From Promethearchaeota archaeon (GTDB taxonomy: Archaea > Asgardarchaeota > Lokiarchaeia > Sigyniarchaeales > SOKP01): a stretch of DNA of 64,000 bases. Below the pieces are notes generated by a model, which made no database searches, was not told where the DNA came from, and saw only the letters and a list, made by a program, of their open reading frames with translations. Location: positions 64,001 to 128,000 of the forward strand of contig JAHLWP010000004.1 of the NCBI GenBank assembly GCA_019057865.1, given 5' to 3'. This document shows, piece by piece, positions 50,272 to 59,844 of this stretch (the first letter of the stretch is position 1; each line of letters starts with the position of its first letter). A program made the position numbers and the translations under genes.

Positions 50272-52941
50272 TTAATATTTGATGCGTTCAATTATTTTAG
50301 GGATTTCAGAAAGTTCTTTTTTATATTTGATATTTAAATTCATTATTCCTTCTATAATGTTTTTTATACTCTCCAAACTGTAGATTAAATTTTCTAAATA
50401 ATCAATAATATCTCCCTTAAATACTATTATTTTATATTCATCATTTAAATAACTAGATATCCCTTTTATAGATAAATTTTTATTAGTTCGTAGATTTAGA
50501 ATTATCTTTTCAAGTTTCAATCTCCCACAATCACAATAGGGATTATCTTTACAATTGCAATTGAATATATCCCCTGTTAACTTCGTTATAAATTCAATAA
50601 ATTCATTAGAAAATGTTTTTCGTTTTTTCACATAATCGGCATTCATCAATGATAATACACTAGCACTAAATAAATTATTTGAGAGATATTTCATTCTAAC
50701 ATTTTTAGCCAAATCAGCGACAATTTTTGTAGCTAAATATACATTTTTAATTGGTTTGATTTCAAGGGCAATTTCATTAATAGATTTCTCATTCTTTTTA
50801 ATAATTTCTATAATTTCTAAACATTGATCAATTTTTAAGAAGGATTTGGCAATTGCTTGCCCTAATTGTGTTGATTTAAGAAGAAAATTTTCTTTTATTC
50901 TTATCAATTTCAGAGAATTTAGTTTTTTTAGAAAAGAGTCTAAATCGAAGTTATCATTGATTAAATATGAATAGAACTCATAAATTTTATCTTTTGTAAT
51001 TCCCTCTTTAAAAACTGAAATAAATGCCAAAATTTCGGTAAGAGATTTATCATCACTAGGAGATAACTCGAAATCTTTGATTTTTCCATTCAATAATTTT
51101 ATTGCAATATTTTCTTCGGTTTCTTTCATTCTCGGAGAATAAAGTTTTCCAGGTTCTACAAGAACATAAGCAAGCCCTAATTCATGCTTTTTTAATCTAC
51201 CAGCTCTTCCTAACATCTGCTCAAATTCTGCCACTGATAACCATTTTATTCCCATCGCTAAAGATTCAAATATAACCTGTCTTGCGGGGAGATCTACTCC
51301 TGCTGCTAATGCAGCAGTAGCAACTACACCTGCGATTCTTTGTGCCTGAAACTCTGTTTCAATAATTTTTCTTTCTTCATTTGTTAATCCAGAATGATAA
51401 GCTTTTATTTTAATTCCTTTTGTACAAAAATATTGTGTTAGAGACTCACATTTCTTTCTTGTGTTTGTAAAAATTATTGATTGTCCTTTGTACCCATATT
51501 GTGATCTTTTTGAAAAAGCTTTTCTTACTATCCTTGCTATAAATTTTTGTTTGATTGTTTCATTTAAGCATAATAATAAATGGCGTTCAATAGGAACGGG
51601 TCTATTATTGTACATAATTAATTTGCAATTTAAATTTTCTGCTAGAAGCTCTGGTTCTCCAACTGTAGCACTTAGATATAAAAATTGAGCTTCATAAAGA
51701 GATTTTAGGCGAGCAATAAAACCATCCAAAAGAAAACCCCTATCAGGGTCTATAAGGGTTTGAACTTCATCGATAATGATGGTTCCAATATTTCCTAATT
51801 TTTTTTTATTTCCACTTCTTAATATATAATCAATGGCTTCATAAGTGGCGATGATTATATCGGCATTAATTAGACTTTCTAAATTGTCATCCTCTTCTTT
51901 TTTTTCAAATAAAGATTCTCCAACTCTTTTAAGAATTATTAAGTTTAAAGGCTTATATATCTGTTTAAATGATTCAGTTCTTAGATTAGCTAAGGCTACT
52001 ATTGGAACTAAATACAACATTTTTTTATTTTTATTTTTAAGCACCTTAGTAACTCCTGCTAACTCGCCTACTAATGTTTTACCTGCTGATGTAGGAGCCA
52101 TAATTAATTGATCATTGTATTCTGATAAGAGACCCTTTTCAATTGCAATTGCTTGGATTGGTAATAAAGTAGAAATATTCTGATTTTTCAGTAATGTTTT
52201 AAATGATGATATGATATCCAATTTTTCTACTTTATAATCAAGATATTTCTTACTAATAGTAGGGCTTTTCTCTATATTATATAAAGTTATATCTCTATTC
52301 AAAATTGGATCGAAATCAGATTTAAATGCCGAAATGACTTTATTGATATCCTTAAATTTCAGTATCATATGTTGAAAGAAATTTTTTAATTTAGGACTAA
52401 CTTGTCCTTCAGAGAATAAGCCTGAGAGTTTTGCTTGTCTAATAATAATATCATATGCACAATCAGCACAAATTTTTTGATTTTTAAAAGATTTAATTTG
52501 AAAGCCCTCATTTAAAATTGTGAATTTCTGTTCATCCAAACATGAATTACAGAATGTTAAATTAACTATCTTATTCTTATCAAATTGAAAATTATTCAAC
52601 ATTTCTTTTACTGGTATAAAGTCTTCCGAAGGAGTTTGATTCGAAAAAGCAATGAATTTATTCTCATTTGATAGTAAAAATTTCTTAAAAATACGTGGAT
52701 TTACAGGGTTTATTGCTCCATCCTTGTCAATTTTATTAAAATTTAATGGGCGCATTTTATTCTTGAAATCTAGCCCAAAAATAACTGTTCCTCTAAAAAA
52801 TGGTTCATTTACATAAGAAAAAGTAAAATTTTTTTGCTTAAATGATTTTAAATAAAAGAAATTTACATTGAAAACTAATTCTTTCTTAGATTCACGATTT
52901 TTATCTAAAACCATGAAAAATTTCTTTAAAGGAAAAGTCAA
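50272..52941 (-). CDS. Archaeal Ski2-like DExx helicase with N- and C-terminal Cys clusters
   Basis: LLPIQ, APTSAGKT, PIVALAN, DEVQ, SAT, YHSGL, AAGVDLPA, QMLGRAGR, CNCKDNPYCDCG. Confidence 0.9.
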   Translation of the reverse strand: MTFPLKKFFMVLDKNRESKKELVFNVNFFYLKSFKQKNFTFSYVNEPFFRGTVIFGLDFKNKMRPLNFNKIDKDGAINPVNPRIFKKFLLSNENKFIAFSNQTPSEDFIPVKEMLNNFQFDKNKIVNLTFCNSCLDEQKFTILNEGFQIKSFKNQKICADCAYDIIIRQAKLSGLFSEGQVSPKLKNFFQHMILKFKDINKVISAFKSDFDPILNRDITLYNIEKSPTISKKYLDYKVEKLDIISSFKTLLKNQNISTLLPIQAIAIEKGLLSEYNDQLIMAPTSAGKTLVGELAGVTKVLKNKNKKMLYLVPIVALANLRTESFKQIYKPLNLIILKRVGESLFEKKEEDDNLESLINADIIIATYEAIDYILRSGNKKKLGNIGTIIIDEVQTLIDPDRGFLLDGFIARLKSLYEAQFLYLSATVGEPELLAENLNCKLIMYNNRPVPIERHLLLCLNETIKQKFIARIVRKAFSKRSQYGYKGQSIIFTNTRKKCESLTQYFCTKGIKIKAYHSGLTNEERKIIETEFQAQRIAGVVATAALAAGVDLPARQVIFESLAMGIKWLSVAEFEQMLGRAGRLKKHELGLAYVLVEPGKLYSPRMKETEENIAIKLLNGKIKDFELSPSDDKSLTEILAFISVFKEGITKDKIYEFYSYLINDNFDLDSFLKKLNSLKLIRIKENFLLKSTQLGQAIAKSFLKIDQCLEIIEIIKKNEKSINEIALEIKPIKNVYLATKIVADLAKNVRMKYLSNNLFSASVLSLMNADYVKKRKTFSNEFIEFITKLTGDIFNCNCKDNPYCDCGRLKLEKIILNLRTNKNLSIKGISSYLNDEYKIIVFKGDIIDYLENLIYSLESIKNIIEGIMNLNIKYKKELSEIPKIIERIKY

Positions 52942-52999
52942 ATTAAAACACTTTTATATTCTACAAATAAACCAGAATAAATAATATAAAAAAATTTCA

Positions 53000-53161
53000 T
53001 TAGAATCCAAATACTTCCTTGATTTTATCATAGATCTCTTTAATTTCTCTAAGCTTAGCTTCGTCCCCTTGGTTTAAAAAGTGGGAAACCCACTCGGAAA
53101 GTCCCCCTTTGTTTATCCATTCAAGAAAGTATTCTACCGCTTGTCTATCCTCAGCAGACAT
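53000..53161 (-). CDS. 53-aa small protein missed by the ORF track
   Basis: ATG..TAA: MSAEDRQAVEYFLEWINKGGLSEWVSHFLNQGDEAKLREIKEIYDKIKEVFGF; AGGAAG upstream; visibly more GC-rich than its flanks. Confidence 0.72.
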   Translation of the reverse strand: MSAEDRQAVEYFLEWINKGGLSEWVSHFLNQGDEAKLREIKEIYDKIKEVFGF

Positions 53162-53396
53162 TTTTAAACTTTTACTTCCTAGTTGTTTTTTAATTGTTTT
53201 AGATTATGAATTCTATCTATATAAAAATATAAATTAATCTATTTTAAAATTAATCTATTTTATGAATTTGTGTTCTATCATCTAATTAAAGATAGAAAAA
53301 AATAATCTATTGAAATTGAGAAGGAGTTATAAATAATTCTATTTTATATTTTTATAATTTCAATTCATAAAAAACTATTTAAAAAAAAATTCTTAT

Positions 53397-54368
53397 GTGA
53401 TTAAAAAAATGCCAGACGTGCGTATAAAAACACCTAATTTAGATGATATTTTCGAGAAATGGAAACAACGTTCTGTAAGAAAAGATCGTAAAAATATGGA
53501 AAAGCAATTTGGAACAAAAGGAGCCATGTTCTCCTTAGATGCTGTAAGTGCAGCAGAATATGTAAAAGAAACTATGAAGGAAGCCGCAATATATTTTGCT
53601 GTTAAAAAAACTCTTGGAGCTGCCCCCAAAGGGAAGGATGATAATACTGTTATGGCACCCAGAGTGAGCAGAGAAACTTATTATTCTTTTAAAGGTGCTG
53701 GTAAAATAAATAAAGAAAATTGGAAGGATGATGATAAAGTCCCTATGTATGAGTCAATTCAAGCAGTTTCATGTAAAACATGTAAAGGTAGAGGATATAC
53801 TGATGATAAATGTAAAACATGCAAAGGAACTGGAAAAATAGAAGAAAATTTGATGGTTTTAGTAGGGGAAGAACAAAAAAAGGAAAAAAAACTATTCTCG
53901 TATCCTTGTGCTGCCTGTTATGGTACGGGGAATAGACGCGAGCAATGTAAAGAATGTGGAGGGCATAAAAATCTGTATAAGTATGAAATTCTTCCTGTTC
54001 CCTTTCAAACTGTAGTAACTGGAGTTCCTATACTTCATAGTTCCGCTCAAACGAAATATGAAAAGGAAATTGGAGAAGATCTTCATAAAATGATAGAAGA
54101 GGTAGAAGGAATCAGATTTAGTGAATTTAAGGATTTAGAATCTAAAGCAGAAGCCTCTCTTGGTTATATGAATAAGAATATTAAGAAAACAATATCAGCA
54201 GCAGCAAGCGATCATAAAACCTATCAGAAGGATAAAGATTCACAAATCACTACTCAGATCTACCTCTTCCCTATGATTCAAATGTTTTGCGAGACCAAAA
54301 AGGGTTCAAAATTTGAAATTTATAGTCTAGGTTCAGGAAATAAATTTATGGTATATTCAAATTTCTAA
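53397..54368 (+). CDS. DnaJ-type CxxCxGxG zinc-finger protein, SSUH2-like
   Basis: CKTCKGRG, CKTCKGTG, CAACYGTG, CKECGG; no J-domain HPD. Confidence 0.7.
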   Translation: MIKKMPDVRIKTPNLDDIFEKWKQRSVRKDRKNMEKQFGTKGAMFSLDAVSAAEYVKETMKEAAIYFAVKKTLGAAPKGKDDNTVMAPRVSRETYYSFKGAGKINKENWKDDDKVPMYESIQAVSCKTCKGRGYTDDKCKTCKGTGKIEENLMVLVGEEQKKEKKLFSYPCAACYGTGNRREQCKECGGHKNLYKYEILPVPFQTVVTGVPILHSSAQTKYEKEIGEDLHKMIEEVEGIRFSEFKDLESKAEASLGYMNKNIKKTISAAASDHKTYQKDKDSQITTQIYLFPMIQMFCETKKGSKFEIYSLGSGNKFMVYSNF

Positions 54369-54461
54369 AAAATTCTATTTTTTTAATTTAATTTTTATAT
54401 TTTTTAAATTATTTAAATTCTCTAACTACTTTGTGTATATTAAGAAAAATATTAAGATTCA

Positions 54462-55397
54462 GTGACACTTTTAAAAATGGCGCGGGACGGACCAGAGATC
54501 CTTGCTGATGACGAGGAAAGAGATATTTTAGATTTCATGTTAAACGCATGTGGGTTAGATTCAAGGGATTTCCATCGTGATGAGAGAATTCTTTCGAGGC
54601 AAAATCTTGAAAAGAATTTCATATTCCTCAAAAAAATGGTTGATGGCAGGTCATTTCGGCGAGCTCCTTACTTTGTTATAGGATACTTAATGCTAATTAC
54701 TGGATTAAGGATCCCTGACATGCTCAAATCTGATATCTTAAGAATGATAAAATTGGAATTTGAGAAAGAATATAGACCAAAAGATTTTAATATTTTGAGG
54801 AAAATATGCCTTGAGGACTTTAAAGAAAAGATCTGTTTCCATAAATCAGGTATGGTATTACGCCCTATAAAGCTTGGATATATTAACAATGTAGAACTTT
54901 CGGATGCTATCATCGGTCTAAATCAATTTTGGTATGCATGTAAGACTGGTGAAATATATAACATAAGACATCTTAAAATTGATGGTTGGGGATTAACCCA
55001 AATTCCTCCCCCAATTTTTAATATTAAAAATCTTGAGTCTTTAAGTTTGCAATTCAATCAAATAAAACATATTCCTGTTGATATTGCTAACTTAGCTTCT
55101 TTAAAATATTTAGATTTAGGATATAATCAATTGACTGACTTCCCTAAATCTGTTCTAAGTTTGCATTCAATGATAGGCCTTGGTTTAGACCATAATTTTA
55201 TGACTAATATTCCAAAAGGTATAATTCATCTAAAATCTATTGAATATTTAGATTTGAATAATAATCTTATATCTCATCTCCCTGACGTTTTAAGGGATTT
55301 AAATTCTCTAAAACGTTTATCTATTAGGGATAATAACATTAAAGAAATCCCTAATTCTTTCAAATCCGCTAACTTTTCAATTTTTCTGACTTATTAA
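54462..55397 (+). CDS. Leucine-rich-repeat protein with unknown N-terminal domain
   Basis: 23-aa LxxLxLxxNxLxxLP repeats in the C-terminal half. Confidence 0.85.
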   Translation: MTLLKMARDGPEILADDEERDILDFMLNACGLDSRDFHRDERILSRQNLEKNFIFLKKMVDGRSFRRAPYFVIGYLMLITGLRIPDMLKSDILRMIKLEFEKEYRPKDFNILRKICLEDFKEKICFHKSGMVLRPIKLGYINNVELSDAIIGLNQFWYACKTGEIYNIRHLKIDGWGLTQIPPPIFNIKNLESLSLQFNQIKHIPVDIANLASLKYLDLGYNQLTDFPKSVLSLHSMIGLGLDHNFMTNIPKGIIHLKSIEYLDLNNNLISHLPDVLRDLNSLKRLSIRDNNIKEIPNSFKSANFSIFLTY

Positions 55398-55451
55398 ATT
55401 AAAGACTTTTATTAGTAAATTTTAAATATTAATAAGAATTCTTTTTATACG

Positions 55452-55473
55452 TCTAGGTTTGATCTAGGTTTGA
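55452..55473. repeat. 11-bp tandem repeat just upstream of the ECF S-component gene
   Basis: TCTAGGTTTGA x2. Confidence 0.7.
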
Positions 55474-55501
55474 ACTTACATTTAGCCTAAAATGATGAAA
55501 T

Positions 55502-56146
55502 ATGGAAGATCAGAAGGTAGTAACAGAAAAAAAATATTATATTAAGAAAAAAAGTTTTGTAGGTTATTTATTACCTAGTAATGCATTATTGATTTCGATG
55601 ATTGGCATTTTCACGGCTTTAAATTTTGTAGTAACATATTGGATCCAGATTCCAATTCCCGCTACTGGAGGATACATTAATATTGGAGATGTTACAGTAA
55701 TGTTTACAGCACTTTTATTTGGACCCATTATAGGCGGTATTGCTGGTGGCTTAGGACCCATGTTAGCAGATATATTTTCACCTTATATAGTTTATGCTCC
55801 CGCTACAGTAATAATTAAAGGCGTAGAGGGAATCCTAATCGGATTAATATCCAATCCAAAAGATTGTGAAAGGAGGATTTCTTATCGTGATGTAATTGCC
55901 GTTTTGATTGGTGGAATTTTAATTCCTTTAGGTTATTTCATTTATGAAGCTTTTATACTTAGACTTGGAGTTGCTACTGCATTGGTTGAGATGCCATTTA
56001 ACTTTTTTCAGTTTGGATTTGCGGCAATAGGCTCCATTTTACTTATTGCTGCTTCAAGAAAGAATATAATTGAATCTCTGCCTTATATTTTTGATAAAAT
56101 ATTTATTCTAAAAGAATCAGGAACTATCAAACAGGAAAAATACTAA
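55502..56146 (+). CDS. ECF transporter S component
   Basis: IPIPATGGYINIGD, GPIIGGIAGGLGPMLAD, APATVIIKG. Confidence 0.88.
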   Translation: MEDQKVVTEKKYYIKKKSFVGYLLPSNALLISMIGIFTALNFVVTYWIQIPIPATGGYINIGDVTVMFTALLFGPIIGGIAGGLGPMLADIFSPYIVYAPATVIIKGVEGILIGLISNPKDCERRISYRDVIAVLIGGILIPLGYFIYEAFILRLGVATALVEMPFNFFQFGFAAIGSILLIAASRKNIIESLPYIFDKIFILKESGTIKQEKY

Positions 56147-57561
56147 AGCAATGTAATTAAAACATCCAAAGCATCTAAGACTTTTTTGCCACTATCTGTT
56201 ATGAAATATAACACTTTTTTTCCTTCTTTTTTTCTGGATATTAATCCTTTAGTCTCTAACTCCTTTAGATGTTGATAAATTGCTGCTAAAGTAATACTTT
56301 CCATAGTTTCCTTAATTTTTGTTCCAGTTATTCCTTTAATACTAGTTAAAGAAATTTGCGATAAAATTTTCAATTTAGTTATAATTATTGAACCCTTTCC
56401 GGTTGTTTTAGTTTGGGAAGAAATAGCTTCCAAAACATAAGGAGCTTTCAATCCGCTTGCTGTAATGAGGCATACAATTTTCTCTTGGGCTTTAAATATT
56501 TTTTTCTGCTGTAGTATTCGAATTGCTCCAAATGCTAAAGCGGAGGCTGGTTCGGCAAAAATTCCTTCATTTCTTATGAGCTCATCTATAGAAGTTAATA
56601 TTAAATCTTCTGGAACAGCAATTACAGTACCCTCACTCTCTTTAATACATTTGATAGCTAAATCTTTATATATTGGATTTTTTACCAATATTCCTAATGC
56701 AAGAGAATTATGAATTTCCTTATTTGTCGGATTATTATCCTCAAACTCTAAAAATTCATTTACAATGGGAGATAAGACTTGAGATTGTACACCGACTAAT
56801 TTTGGAATAGTAGTAATAATATTCGCATCTTTAAGCTCATTAAATCCTTTCCATAAGCTAACTAATAATTGTCCACTCCCCATAGGAATAATAACCAGAT
56901 CAATTTTTCCGATTTGACTGATTATTTCATAGGCAATAGTTTTTTCAGCTTCAAGAGTAAGTGGATTTAATTCAGGGGTACATTGATAGTATTCAGAAAG
57001 GTCCTTTTGTTTTTGAATATAATCAATGGCATCATCTACAGTATCTCCAACTAATTTTAATTCAGAATTATATGCTATCATTTGAGCTTTTTTACCTACA
57101 TCGATTTTTTCAGGAATAATATTTAAACATTCCATTCCTTCAAGCGATGTGTAGGCTGCAATAGAGGCTCCTTGATTTCCGTTAGAAGCACATATAAATT
57201 TTTTAAAATCCCAACTACGAGCATGAGAAATTAGAAGTGCAGCACAACGATCTTTAAAAGAATTAGTTGGATTTTGGGACTCATCCTTGAAATATAGATT
57301 TTCTATTCCTAATTTATCTCCAAATTTTTTAGAAGTTAAGCATGGAGTTCCACCTTCTCCTAAAGTAATATGAAAATCTGAACTAATTGGTGGGAAAGCA
57401 AATCTATAATCCCATATATTATTAACAATTTTTATAGGAGGAAATTTTTCTTTTATTGAATTTATATCTGCTTTAAACCAAAGTAACCCCTTACATTCAG
57501 GGCACTTATATTCTATTGATGATTTAAACTTAAATTCTTTTTTGCATTCGATGCATGTCAA
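56143..57561 (-). CDS. thrC: Threonine synthase-like PLP enzyme fused to a C-terminal winged-helix domain
   Basis: N-terminal CxxC/CPEC, TLGEGGTP, NPTNSFKDR, EGIFAEPASA; tail AIYQHLKELETKGLI...YFITDSG. Confidence 0.8.
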   Translation of the reverse strand: MTCIECKKEFKFKSSIEYKCPECKGLLWFKADINSIKEKFPPIKIVNNIWDYRFAFPPISSDFHITLGEGGTPCLTSKKFGDKLGIENLYFKDESQNPTNSFKDRCAALLISHARSWDFKKFICASNGNQGASIAAYTSLEGMECLNIIPEKIDVGKKAQMIAYNSELKLVGDTVDDAIDYIQKQKDLSEYYQCTPELNPLTLEAEKTIAYEIISQIGKIDLVIIPMGSGQLLVSLWKGFNELKDANIITTIPKLVGVQSQVLSPIVNEFLEFEDNNPTNKEIHNSLALGILVKNPIYKDLAIKCIKESEGTVIAVPEDLILTSIDELIRNEGIFAEPASALAFGAIRILQQKKIFKAQEKIVCLITASGLKAPYVLEAISSQTKTTGKGSIIITKLKILSQISLTSIKGITGTKIKETMESITLAAIYQHLKELETKGLISRKKEGKKVLYFITDSGKKVLDALDVLITLL

Positions 57562-57758
57562 AAGGAGAGGCTTGCTAATAAGATAATTACCTCATTGATT
57601 ATTTTTTATTTACTATAATAATTCATTTGTCATTTTAATAATTAAAGTCTCTGAACATTAATTCTTATTTTTTGTATCCCATCTCTTTTTATAAAAAAAG
57701 AAGAAGTGTTTATGTCTTTTTGGGATAGAATTATTTAAATAATATAAATTACAATTAT

Positions 57759-57787
57759 TCGTAAATAATTTCCGATCATTCGTAAAT
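57759..57787. promoter_or_regulatory. Candidate operator: imperfect palindrome plus a repeated half-site upstream of the ZIP/DtxR pair
   Basis: TCGTAAAT-A-ATTTCCGA (57759-57775); second TCGTAAAT at 57780-57787. Confidence 0.5.
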
Positions 57788-57821
57788 CTGAAATAATTAA
57801 TCTCAGAGGTATAAATTTAAA

Positions 57822-58577
57822 ATGTTATTATGGGTTATCTTATTTAGTGTTTTAGGAAGTGTAGGTGCAATACTAGCAGCTTCAATTTTCATTTTATTAG
57901 GTGAAAAAGTTCAAAATAAATTAGTTACAGCATTGCTCTCTTTTGCAACAGGAACTTTACTAACAGCTGCACTAATGGGTTTAATCCCTGAAGCAATTGA
58001 AGCTGTTGGAGAACCACATCTAATTACTCCAATAATTTTAGGAGGAATACTTTTTTTCTTCTTCTTAGAAAAATTTCTGATATGGAGAAATTGTCAAGTT
58101 AATGCATGTGAGGTTCATTCTCATGCTACTGGACCGTTAATATTAGTTGGTGATGCTTTTCACAATTTCACTGATGGGATAGTAATAGCAGCAGCTTTTC
58201 TTACTGATTTTCATATAGGTTTAGCAGCCGGTTTTACTATAATTATGCATGAAATTCCTCAAGAGACTGGAGATTTCGCAATATTACTGCATGATGGAAT
58301 GTCAAAAAAGAAAGCTCTTTTATATAATTTATTATCAAGTTCAGCAACAATACCCGCTGCGATTATTAGTTACTTTATTTTAGCTGTTTTTGAAGCAACG
58401 GTTCCAATCTTTTTGGCACTTTCAGCAGCTAGCTTTCTCTATATAGCCTTATCAGATCTGACACCTCAACTTCATGAAAAGACAGAAACTAAAGAAATAA
58501 TTAAGCAGCTAATTTTAGTTATTATAGGAATACTAATAATGGCTTTAATCCTTTCTATAGGAGGTCATAATCATTAA
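57822..58577 (+). CDS. ZIP family zinc/metal transporter
   Basis: GDAFHNFTDG, HEIPQETGDF. Confidence 0.93.
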   Translation: MLLWVILFSVLGSVGAILAASIFILLGEKVQNKLVTALLSFATGTLLTAALMGLIPEAIEAVGEPHLITPIILGGILFFFFLEKFLIWRNCQVNACEVHSHATGPLILVGDAFHNFTDGIVIAAAFLTDFHIGLAAGFTIIMHEIPQETGDFAILLHDGMSKKKALLYNLLSSSATIPAAIISYFILAVFEATVPIFLALSAASFLYIALSDLTPQLHEKTETKEIIKQLILVIIGILIMALILSIGGHNH

Positions 58578-58596
58578 TAATTAATTCTCTTTAAAT

Positions 58597-59031
58597 ATGT
58601 TAGATATGGATTATCAAATTTTGAAGATTATTTATAGGACTAATGGGAATGCTAAGTTAAAACATATTCAAGAAGAAATTAAAACTTTAAAAGGAATTGA
58701 AATCCCACTATCAACAATTAATAGCTGTATTGAGAGACTTGAGAAGAAAAAATATGTTGATTGGATTAGGTATTCTCCTCTTAAATTAACGAACCGCGGT
58801 ACCAATTTAGCTAAAGAATTAATACGCCATGCTCGATTATTGGAGTTATTATTATATAACGAATTAGAGTTAAGTGCTGAAGAAGCTCATACTGAAAGTG
58901 AAAAGTTCAATTTGCTTTTTTCATGTGAAACAATAAATAAGATCTGTGAAAAATATTCACATCCAGAAGAATGCCCTTGTGGAGAGGAAATTTCAAACTC
59001 TTCAGATTGCTTTTGTGAAAAAAAAGTTTAA
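58597..59031 (+). CDS. DtxR/MntR-family metal-dependent repressor
   Basis: wHTH, LTNRG, RHARLLE, HPEECPCG. Confidence 0.85.
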   Translation: MLDMDYQILKIIYRTNGNAKLKHIQEEIKTLKGIEIPLSTINSCIERLEKKKYVDWIRYSPLKLTNRGTNLAKELIRHARLLELLLYNELELSAEEAHTESEKFNLLFSCETINKICEKYSHPEECPCGEEISNSSDCFCEKKV

Positions 59032-59035
59032 AATA

Positions 59036-59512
59036 TTATTTGATAATATCATTAGAAGCATAAGCAGCTAAAATTTCTCCATAAAAATAGTGATGACTGC
59101 TTATATCTGATTTACTACCTTGGATTATTTTACATTCAAAACTTAACATTCAATCTTTTATGGTAGGTACTTTTGTTTTTTGTCCTGGAATAGTTTCCAA
59201 TCCAGCTTTTTGAAATTTATCTGTATTTATCCCTGAATAAGATCCTGCGATATCAACAGCATGATACATGTTATTTGAAGGAATATTTATAGTAAATTCA
59301 TTTACACCTTCCGTTAATAGAGTATAGGTATATCTACTATAGGCCACTTGTGCTCTTATAACTGTTTTGTCATCTATTTCTTCCATTTTTTTCCAATCCA
59401 ATGCCATCATATTGAGTTTTCCACTTTTGTCCATTGTTACTATTAACGCTGTATTTCTTTTAAAAAGCTCAATATAATTAAATGGTTCAATTTCTTGCCT
59501 AGTATTCGTCAT
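59036..59512 (-). CDS. Flavin reductase/flavoredoxin-family protein with in-frame TGA at 59150-59152 (selenocysteine or nonsense mutation)
   Basis: SRYT, EFTINIP, GSYSG..TDKF, VPTIKD-TGA-MLSFECKII...HHYFYGEI to TAA at 59036. Confidence 0.8.
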
Positions 59513-59527
59513 TTTTATTCTTTTTTT

Positions 59528-59767
59528 TTATGGTTTAAACTTTTCATCGTGAATAATCTTATCTATTGCTACTAAACATGCATCTTCCCAATCATCATCG
59601 GGATTAATACTTTTACAGCAGTCTGGGCACCAATCCTCAGGATAACCCTCATCAAAATCATCGGCTTCCATATCACCATTTAGGGTGCTCCCACAATAAA
59701 AACAGACTCCTTCATCACACCTATCAATAATCTCAGAAACTAATTCGATCTTTTTTCTTGACTTCAT
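59528..59767 (-). CDS. Small acidic zinc-finger protein
   Basis: CFYC...CPDC. Confidence 0.7.
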   Translation of the reverse strand: MKSRKKIELVSEIIDRCDEGVCFYCGSTLNGDMEADDFDEGYPEDWCPDCCKSINPDDDWEDACLVAIDKIIHDEKFKP

Positions 59768-59844
59768 TTTTAATCATAAAATTTTGATTTAAAATATAAT
59801 AGAATAAGAAAAAAAACAATATAAGTATTTTAATCAAATGTTTA

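Noticed and set aside
56143-57561. Cysteate synthase partnering comDE
   Set aside because: The PLP-lysine motif NPTNSFKDR is threonine-synthase type and the gene is over 30 kb from comDE
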